A stretch of DNA of 64,000 nt from NCBI GenBank assembly GCA_963799485.1, contig CAWCXJ010000005.1, positions 132,309-196,308 of the forward strand, written 5' to 3'. Origin of the DNA: an uncultured Trueperaceae bacterium (GTDB lineage: Bacteria; Deinococcota; Deinococci; Deinococcales; Trueperaceae). Made by a program: the position numbers and the translations under genes. Below the pieces are notes generated by a model that worked only from the letters and a program-made list of their open reading frames with translations, did no database searches and had not been told where the DNA came from. Positions 26,021-33,237 of the stretch are shown here, piece after piece. Each line of letters opens with the position of its first letter. Position 1 is the stretch's first letter.

Positions 26021-28283
26021 GTTCCTTTTCAGACACCGTTTTAACCTTGAGCAGCGCGTAGACGCTCACCCCGACAATCGCCAGCACGGTAATCTCGCCG
26101 AGTGTGTCGTAACCTCTAAAATCGACTAGAATCACGTTGACGACGTTGTAACCGCCGGCTCCCGCTTTGCTCTCGGTAAGAAAAAACCGCTGTAACCGTT
26201 CGCCGATAGGCGTCTGCACTGCTAACAGCGCCCCAAAGACCGTCAAACCGACTGCGCCGGAAAGCGCAGCGTCGAAAAAAGAAGCGCGCCGCGAGCGGCG
26301 GTAACGGGTCAGTCTGGGCAGGTAGCGAAACACCGAGACGAACAAGATGACGGTCACGGTTTCGATTAGCAGCTGCGTCAGGGCGAGGTCGGGGGCGCGG
26401 AGTGCGACGAACAGCAAAACAAGCGACAACCCGGCCAAACCGGAAAAAATCAGCGCTGAAACCCGCGCCTGGGCAATGATGACGCCGTAGGTGCTACCCG
26501 CGACCAATAAGGCAGCGGCGAGAAACTCGAGCGGTACCGGGCTCAGGTTTTGCGGCAAATACGCGCCTAGACCGACAAAGGCAAACCCCACCCCGAGCAG
26601 CGCGACCGGCAGCCACAACACCCGCAGTTGTGCGGCGAAGGTGGCGTTTTGGGTTCTGGCGGTGGCAAAACGGGCGGTGCGCTCGAGGCCGCCCATCAGC
26701 GCGTAATATACCGTGTTGGCGTTCCACGAGGGTGTCAACACCTCTTGCAGTCGACCGAACGGACCTATGAGCGCAAAAAGCACGATCCCGGCTCCCCACG
26801 TCCAGAACGACAAGATGAGCATCGGATTAAAACCGTGCCAGAGATAGAGCGCTTCGGGTTCGAACCCGAGTGCCGGCGCCGCAAGCGCCACAACCGGCGT
26901 CGCCAAAGTTGCCTGCCACGGAAAAACGCCGAAAAGCACGACGAGGACGCTCAGCAGCGCAGGTGGTAAGAGCATCCACAGGGGCGCTTCGTGCACGTTG
27001 GGGCGGTGACAGCGGTACGGCCCGACGAATACCCTTAAAAACTTGAGGCTGTACGCAAAAGTCATCACACTGCCGACGACCGCGAGCGCAATCGGCAACG
27101 TCCCGCTACGCAGCATCTCCTCATAAAACAGCTCTTTGGAGATAAAGCCGCCGAACGGAGGCAGGCCCGCCATCGACAGCGCTGCCGGAACTGCAATCAG
27201 AAACGTCCAGGGTAGTTTGCGGGCAAGCCCCGACAGTTCACGGATGCTGCGGCTGCCCGTTTCGTGGTCGATGCTGCCGACGACCAGAAAGAGCGCCGCC
27301 TTAAACGTGGCGTGGTTTATCAGCTGCGCGGTCGCCGCAAGCGGATAGCCCGCGCCGTAAAGCGCTGTTAAAAGCCCGAGCTGTGAAACCGTCGAATAAG
27401 CCAAAAGTGCCTTGAGGTCGTCTTGTTTAAGCGCCAGATACGAGCCCCAGACCATCGTCACGAGCCCCAGGTAGAGCAGCCCGTCCGACCATGCGCTCAG
27501 CACGAACAGCGGCGCGAACTTGGCTAAGAGGACGATACCGGCTTTGACCATCGTCGCCGAGTGCAGGTACGCCGAGATCGGCGTGGGCGCTTCCATGGCA
27601 GTCGGCAGCCAGATATAAAAGGGAAACTGCGCCGATTTGGTCAGTGCGGCAAAGAGCAAGAGCGCGAGCGCCGGGACAAACGACGAACTCTGCCGAACGG
27701 CAGCAAAGTCGAGCTGAGACAAGTTGACGCTGCCCCCGGCAAGGCTTAAAAGAATCACCGACGCGAGGAGCGCCAACCCACCCGCCGCCGTAATCACGAG
27801 CGCCTTGAGCGCCCCGTCTTGCGCCGCGCGGCGTTCGTCCCAAAAACCAATCAGCAGAAACGACGCGACCGAGGTCAACTCCCAAAACGCGAACATGGCG
27901 ATCAGGTTGTCGCTCAAGACGAAGCCCAGCATCGCGCCGCCGAAGAGCAGCAGATAGCTGTAAAAACGTCCGTGCCGCTCTTTCGGGCCGAGGTACGACG
28001 AGGCGTAAACCACGACCAGAACGCCCATCACCGCGACGAGCAGCGCAAACAGCAGCGAAAACCCGTCGGCGCGAAACGAAAGCGTGAGATTGATACCCGG
28101 AACCCACGCCGCGCTCCCCGCAGCGGGTGTGCCGTGCGCTGCCGGAATCAGGGTAGCGAGTGCCAGTGCCGGGGCAAAGGCGAGCGTCAAAGGCCACCCG
28201 GCCCGCGCGCCCAGCGGTCGCGTCAAAAAAGGTGCGAGCAGCGCCCCTAGAAAGGGGGTGAAAACAGCTAGAACGAGCAGCAT
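26004..28283 (-). CDS. mnhA: Na+/H+ antiporter subunit A (NuoL-like)
   Basis: 759 aa polytopic protein with an NuoL-like core and a C-terminal MnhA extension; first gene of the A-G series. Confidence 0.9.
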   Translation of the reverse strand: MLLVLAVFTPFLGALLAPFLTRPLGARAGWPLTLAFAPALALATLIPAAHGTPAAGSAAWVPGINLTLSFRADGFSLLFALLVAVMGVLVVVYASSYLGPKERHGRFYSYLLLFGGAMLGFVLSDNLIAMFAFWELTSVASFLLIGFWDERRAAQDGALKALVITAAGGLALLASVILLSLAGGSVNLSQLDFAAVRQSSSFVPALALLLFAALTKSAQFPFYIWLPTAMEAPTPISAYLHSATMVKAGIVLLAKFAPLFVLSAWSDGLLYLGLVTMVWGSYLALKQDDLKALLAYSTVSQLGLLTALYGAGYPLAATAQLINHATFKAALFLVVGSIDHETGSRSIRELSGLARKLPWTFLIAVPAALSMAGLPPFGGFISKELFYEEMLRSGTLPIALAVVGSVMTFAYSLKFLRVFVGPYRCHRPNVHEAPLWMLLPPALLSVLVVLFGVFPWQATLATPVVALAAPALGFEPEALYLWHGFNPMLILSFWTWGAGIVLFALIGPFGRLQEVLTPSWNANTVYYALMGGLERTARFATARTQNATFAAQLRVLWLPVALLGVGFAFVGLGAYLPQNLSPVPLEFLAAALLVAGSTYGVIIAQARVSALIFSGLAGLSLVLLFVALRAPDLALTQLLIETVTVILFVSVFRYLPRLTRYRRSRRASFFDAALSGAVGLTVFGALLAVQTPIGERLQRFFLTESKAGAGGYNVVNVILVDFRGYDTLGEITVLAIVGVSVYALLKVKTVSEKERDEHD

Positions 28284-28661
28284 CTAGCGAAGCACCCCCA
28301 ACCTCGAGATCGCTCCCGGCAACACCTCACCTTGTCCGGCAAGCTCCGCAGCTCTCGTTTTTAGGAAAGCGGCGACGGGTTCAGTCGGTTCATCCCCGTA
28401 CCCTGTCGCCGCGCCGGCGGCTTTGGCCAAAGCCGCCGGCCCCTGCGGGCTGAGCCCGGCGTTCCCGGAAACGCGGTAGCGTGCGCTGCCGCGCGTCGTC
28501 AGCGTAAACTTCAGACCTTGGGCGCAGTAGCCCTGCGCTGTCCGGGCCGGGTTGAGGCTCGAGAGTTCTTGTACCAGCTGTGCCGGCGGCAAACCAACCT
28601 GCGCGAAGGCGACGCCGTAAAAGAGCAAAAAGCCTAAAACGCACTTCACACCGGATTTCAC
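28284..28661 (-). CDS. Small secreted hypothetical protein, translationally coupled between the carboxypeptidase and mnhA
   Basis: Signal-peptide-like N-terminus (VLGFLLFYGVAFAQ). Its GTG start overlaps the carboxypeptidase stop (GTGA), and its TAG stop abuts the mnhA ATG. I recognise no family. Confidence 0.5.
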   Translation of the reverse strand: MKSGVKCVLGFLLFYGVAFAQVGLPPAQLVQELSSLNPARTAQGYCAQGLKFTLTTRGSARYRVSGNAGLSPQGPAALAKAAGAATGYGDEPTEPVAAFLKTRAAELAGQGEVLPGAISRLGVLR

Positions 28662-30175
28662 GCCGTAACCCCGTAAAGTGCGCCGAACTTTTCTTTCAGG
28701 TAGCGGATATACGGCCCGGCGTCCAGACCGCTACCGGTCGCCCGTTCGAGGAGTTCGGCGGGTTCGTACCGTGCGCCGTGCTGATGGATGTTCTCGCGGA
28801 GCCAACCCAAGAGCTTGCCGAAGTGTCCATTTTGAATGTCTTGTTCAAGTTCGGGATGCGCGGCTTTGGCGGCTTCAAAAAGCTGCACGCTGATGAGGTT
28901 GCCGAGCGTGTAGGTCGGAAAATAGCCGAACATCCCCAAAGACCAGTGGATGTCTTGCAAACAGCCCTGTGCGTCGTTCGGCGGCGTCACACCCAGATAA
29001 TCGTTATATTTGGCGTTCCACGCTTCGGGCAGCTCACTTGCTTTAAGCGTGCCTTCGATAAGGGCCAGCTCGAGTTCAAAGCGCACCATGATATGCAGGT
29101 TGTAGGTGACTTCATCGGCTTCGACGCGGATCAGACTCGGCGAGACGCGGTTGATGGCCCCGTAAAAGTCGTCGCGCGAGACGGCCCCTAACTGTGCCGG
29201 AAAGGTCTCCTGCAGCTGCGGATACGCCCAGCGCCAGAACCCGTTACTCCGGCCTACGAGATTTTCCCAAAGCCGCGACTGCGACTCGTGGACGCCTAAA
29301 CTTACGGTCTTGCCGAGCGGGCTACGGTCGTAGGCGCTGCTGACGCCCTGTTCGTACATGGCGTGTCCCGCCTCGTGCAGCGTCCCGAAAAGCGCCGGAC
29401 TTAAGAAATCAGCGTGATAACGCGTGGTGATCCGCACGTCGTACTTGCTAAAACTCGTGGCAAACGGATGGACGGTGCGGTCTAAACGACCGTGGTCGAA
29501 ATCGTAGCCGAACGCCCGGATGATGTGCGTGGCAAACGCTTCTTGGTCGGCTTCCGGAAACGCCTGACGGAGTGGCGCGTCCGGGTGGTTCTCACCGTTA
29601 GCTCTGTCGGCGAGGTCACGCAGCAGCGGCACCGCCGCGTCACGGAGTTCGGCAAAAACGGTGCGGAGGCGCTCGGTGCTGCTGCCGCGTTCAAAAAGGT
29701 CGTGCAGCGCGTCGTAAGGGTGCGCGTCATAGCCCAGAAGCTCGGCCTGACGGAGGTTCAGTTCGACCATCTTTTCCAGATGCGGGGCAAACCGGGAAAA
29801 GTCCGACGCGGCCCGCGCTCCGACCCAGGCCGTCTGTGACGCGCTCCTGGCCTTGGCAAACGCCTCGACGAACGCTCCCGGCAGCTTCGTCGCCTGCGCG
29901 AAGTCGTGACGGGCGACGCGCACGAGCGCCGCGTCTGCGGTGTCGCCCCGGTCGGCCCCGGCAGCTTCCAGTTCCGTAAGCCACGCCGCTACCTTGGGGT
30001 CGGTCGCGCGTTCGTGGATTACCCGGCCCAGCGTGGCGAGCTGTTGCCCGCGGGCGCGAGCGGCGCCGGGCGGCAGGTAGACGTTTTGATCCCAGTTGAG
30101 CAGGGCCTGCGCCTGCGTCAGGTCGGCGGTAACAGCCAGGTGTGCTTTGAGGTGCTCGAGCGTGTGAACCTTCAT
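28658..30175 (-). CDS. Carboxypeptidase, M32 family (Taq-type thermostable carboxypeptidase)
   Basis: HEAGHAMYEQG zinc motif, HESQSRLWEN, DIHWS, GYFPTYTLGN; 505 aa. Confidence 0.92.
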   Translation of the reverse strand: MKVHTLEHLKAHLAVTADLTQAQALLNWDQNVYLPPGAARARGQQLATLGRVIHERATDPKVAAWLTELEAAGADRGDTADAALVRVARHDFAQATKLPGAFVEAFAKARSASQTAWVGARAASDFSRFAPHLEKMVELNLRQAELLGYDAHPYDALHDLFERGSSTERLRTVFAELRDAAVPLLRDLADRANGENHPDAPLRQAFPEADQEAFATHIIRAFGYDFDHGRLDRTVHPFATSFSKYDVRITTRYHADFLSPALFGTLHEAGHAMYEQGVSSAYDRSPLGKTVSLGVHESQSRLWENLVGRSNGFWRWAYPQLQETFPAQLGAVSRDDFYGAINRVSPSLIRVEADEVTYNLHIMVRFELELALIEGTLKASELPEAWNAKYNDYLGVTPPNDAQGCLQDIHWSLGMFGYFPTYTLGNLISVQLFEAAKAAHPELEQDIQNGHFGKLLGWLRENIHQHGARYEPAELLERATGSGLDAGPYIRYLKEKFGALYGVTA

Positions 30176-30256
30176 CAGGTCAGCTTAACGCACCGGCGGC
30201 GAAACGTTGCCGAACCCCTTTCTGAAGGGCACAAGCTGCGTGCTATTGTGCAGTTT

Positions 30257-32008
30257 ATGAACCTCCACATGTCCGAGGCGGCGCGCGCGCTCCTAAACCG
30301 CGAACGCCTCGTCATCGCCGACCTCGGGGCGTTGTTGGGCAGGCTCGAGGCGCGCCCCGAAGACCGGGCCGAGCTTAAAACCGCGCTTGGTGACCTCGAG
30401 GGCTTGTTTCTGCTCGTCGTTTGCGGCGAATACAACGCGGGTAAGTCCACCTTCTTAAATGCGCTGTTGGGCGAAAAGGTGATGTTGGAGGGTGTCACGC
30501 CGACCACCGACCGCATCACCATCGTGACCTACGGCGCGGCGCGGCGCGACACCGAAGAGGGCGAGTTTATCCTCCGCCGCGAATACCCCGCCGACATCCT
30601 GCGCGAGCTGGCCTTCGTCGATACGCCCGGTACCAACGCGGTCATCAAACGCCATCAGGAGCTGACCGAGCGTTTCGTCCCGCGCGCCGACCTGGTGCTG
30701 TTTGTCACCTCCGCCGACCGCCCCTTTACCGAGTCCGAACGGCAGTTTCTAGAACTCATCCGTTCGTGGGGTAAAAAAGTCGTGGTCATCGTCAACAAAA
30801 TCGATATTCTGGAAGAAGACGAGCAGCAGAAAGTGCTGGCGTTTGTGCGTGAACACGCCGCCGAAACGCTTAAGGAGACGCTCGGCAGCGACCCGCAGGT
30901 CTTCGGTGTTGCGGCGCGAGACGCGTACAAGGCTCGAGCTGCCGCAGACGCCGCCGCCCTGGAGGGGAGCGGGCTACCGGAACTCGAGCGTTTTATCGGC
31001 ACCACCCTTGCGGGCGAAACTCGCCTCAAACTCAAACTCGGGACGCCGCTCGGGGTCGCGCAGCGCCTCGCTGAAAGTTACGGGAGCGTGATCAGCGGCG
31101 AGCTAGGGCTTTTGGCGGGCGACCGCCGCACCCTAGAAGAGGTCGAGCGGCAGGTGGCGCAGTTCAAAAAAGACATGCGGCGCGAGTTCGAAAGTTACCT
31201 CTCACGTGTAAAAACCGTGCTGTTAGAGGTCGAGCGGCGCGGCGACGTGTTTTTCGACGACACCGTGCGGCTGACCAAAATCTTGCAGCTCATCGACAAC
31301 GAACGGATGCGCGAAGCGTTTCGCCTCCGCGTCATTCGCGGCGCGGACAAAGAGATCGACCGGGCCGTCGCCGAGATGGTGGACTGGTTTATCGGGCGCA
31401 ACCTGCAACTCTGGGAAGACGTGATGGCGTTCGTCCAAGAACGGCGACAAGCCTCGGACGAGCGCGTCATCGGCGAAATCGGCGGGAGATTCCAGTACGA
31501 CCGCGACGCGCTGATTCGCGGCTTGAGCGAGAGCGCCGAAACAGTCATGACGAGCTACAACGAGGACGCCGAAGCGCGCCGCTTGGCCGACGCGATGCAG
31601 AGCTCGGCGCTGCAGACCGGCCTGATTCAGGTCGGCGGCCTGGGCCTGGGCGCGGCGATGGTGGCATTTTTGTCGGGGGCCGCGCTCGACGCAACCGGGA
31701 TTTTGGCGGGTCTGACCGTCGCCGGACTCGGCTTTCTAGTCCTCCCCAACCGCCGCCGCGCCGCCAAACGCAACCTGCACGAAGAGATGCAGCGGCTCCG
31801 CGACGGGCTCGCGGAAAGTCTGAACGGGCAGTTTGAACGCGAATTGGAGCGTTCCGCTGAAAAACTCAGCGCGGCGATTTCGCCGTATACCCGGTTTGTC
31901 AAAAGCGAAGTAGGGAGGCTCGAGACCCTTCAGAGCGAACTCGAGGCCCTCACCGGAAGCTTGCGTAACCTGCGCCGGGAGGTCAATTCCCTTTCCGAGA
32001 CCGTTTGA
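30257..32008 (+). CDS. Bacterial dynamin-like GTPase
   Basis: P-loop GEYNAGKST, G3 FVDTPGTNA and G4 VNKID, followed by a long helical stalk. A C-terminal pair of hydrophobic segments (GLGLGAAMVAFLSGAALDATGILAGLTVAGLGFLVLP) follows. I chose the ATG at 30257 (MNLHMSEAARA); the track start at 29906 overlaps the opposite-strand carboxypeptidase. Confidence 0.8.
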   Translation: MNLHMSEAARALLNRERLVIADLGALLGRLEARPEDRAELKTALGDLEGLFLLVVCGEYNAGKSTFLNALLGEKVMLEGVTPTTDRITIVTYGAARRDTEEGEFILRREYPADILRELAFVDTPGTNAVIKRHQELTERFVPRADLVLFVTSADRPFTESERQFLELIRSWGKKVVVIVNKIDILEEDEQQKVLAFVREHAAETLKETLGSDPQVFGVAARDAYKARAAADAAALEGSGLPELERFIGTTLAGETRLKLKLGTPLGVAQRLAESYGSVISGELGLLAGDRRTLEEVERQVAQFKKDMRREFESYLSRVKTVLLEVERRGDVFFDDTVRLTKILQLIDNERMREAFRLRVIRGADKEIDRAVAEMVDWFIGRNLQLWEDVMAFVQERRQASDERVIGEIGGRFQYDRDALIRGLSESAETVMTSYNEDAEARRLADAMQSSALQTGLIQVGGLGLGAAMVAFLSGAALDATGILAGLTVAGLGFLVLPNRRRAAKRNLHEEMQRLRDGLAESLNGQFERELERSAEKLSAAISPYTRFVKSEVGRLETLQSELEALTGSLRNLRREVNSLSETV

Positions 32009-32025
32009 AGCCGGCGACCCATGAA

Positions 32026-32051
32026 AAGCGCAACCCCGCGGGGTTGCGCTT
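32026..32051. terminator. Bidirectional hairpin between convergent genes
   Basis: aagcgcaacccc-gc-ggggttgcgctt, 12-bp arms. Confidence 0.6.
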
Positions 32052-32069
32052 TGGTCATGCTAAAACTTT

Positions 32070-32891
32070 TTACTGGACGATGTTGACGTAACCGCGCTCC
32101 GACCCGAGAACTGCGTTACCCGCGCCGTCCGTTACATTCGCGCGGAAAACGTAAGCAAATTCATTTCCGGCCCCGGCTAACTCGGAGATATCGACCGTTC
32201 CCGCCTCAACCGTAATCGGGTAGACGCAAGTCACGGCTGTCGGGCTCGAGCTGAGGTCGCAACCGGTAGGTTCGCCGATGGTAAAGCCGCCGCTAGGAAG
32301 CGTGACCGGAAGTGGGCCTTTGATACCTTCGGGGCTACTGTTGACGAGGTTGATAGCGATGCTGGCGATGCCGTCGGGATCGCTGTAATCGACCTGGGCG
32401 TAAAAGGTGCTGCCCGCCGCCACGCTGATGATACGGTCGTCGTCGTCGCTGCTGATGCCACCGTCCGCGTCGTTGGTGAAGGTGCCGCTGGTGCTCGTGC
32501 CAACGCCGAAGGTGCCCTCAGGTAAGCTCATGGGGTCGCCGCCACCATTGTTACCACCCGAGCCAGGGCCGTTACTTACCGTAACGGTTGCGGTTCTGGT
32601 GCTGGTACCGCTAGCGTTGGTGGCGGTCAAGGTGTAGGTCGTCGTAACGGTGGGCATGACGGTTACGCTGTCATCCGAATCGTTGGTAACGTCGCCGACA
32701 CCACCCGAAATCGAGATGCTGGTCGCGCTGCTGTCGACGTTCCAAGTCAGTACCGAGCTTTGCCCCGACGTAATCACTGCGGGGTTTGCAGCAAAGCTGG
32801 TGATCGCCGGGCCACTGCTACCTAAAAGGCTGCAAGCTGACAGGCCGAACATCAACCCGACAGACAAAAGTCCTAGTTTACCTGCGTTCAT
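32070..32891 (-). CDS. Lipoprotein with an Ig-like N-terminal domain; function unknown
   Basis: I chose the ATG at 32891 (RBS gggagga). Lipobox LMFGLSAC, then ITSFAANPAVITSGQSSVLTWNV...TTTYTLTATNASG, a Gly-rich linker and a second beta-rich domain. Confidence 0.65.
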   Translation of the reverse strand: MNAGKLGLLSVGLMFGLSACSLLGSSGPAITSFAANPAVITSGQSSVLTWNVDSSATSISISGGVGDVTNDSDDSVTVMPTVTTTYTLTATNASGTSTRTATVTVSNGPGSGGNNGGGDPMSLPEGTFGVGTSTSGTFTNDADGGISSDDDDRIISVAAGSTFYAQVDYSDPDGIASIAINLVNSSPEGIKGPLPVTLPSGGFTIGEPTGCDLSSSPTAVTCVYPITVEAGTVDISELAGAGNEFAYVFRANVTDGAGNAVLGSERGYVNIVQ

Positions 32892-33237
32892 ATAGTTCCT
32901 CCCGTGCGTAAATTGGCAGCTCCGACACCCTGTAAGCACAGCAAACACAGAAGAGTAAGATACTACCGCTACTCTTACTACCTTACAAGATGCGAGATGA
33001 AAAACACATGACGATTGCACATGGTTTTGGCGGATTTTGTGTATAGCTTCCCGCGAGCGTAGCAAAACTACGGACAAACGGGGGTGAACTTTCTCATATG
33101 AGGTGTTGTGTCGCAAGGTGCCGGGTGCCTCGAGCCACCCCCACCCCAAACCGCAAAAGATGCTCCCACCTGTAGACTGCTTTTTGCGGTGGCAGCTTTT
33201 GACCGTCGCCGCCGGGGTGCGTCCCGTAAACTGGGTT

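Noticed and set aside
29906-30256. N-terminal 117 codons of the track ORF for the dynamin-like gene.
   Set aside because: The stretch overlaps the 5' end of the opposite-strand carboxypeptidase and has no dynamin-like sequence. The ATG at 30257 starts just upstream of the P-loop region.
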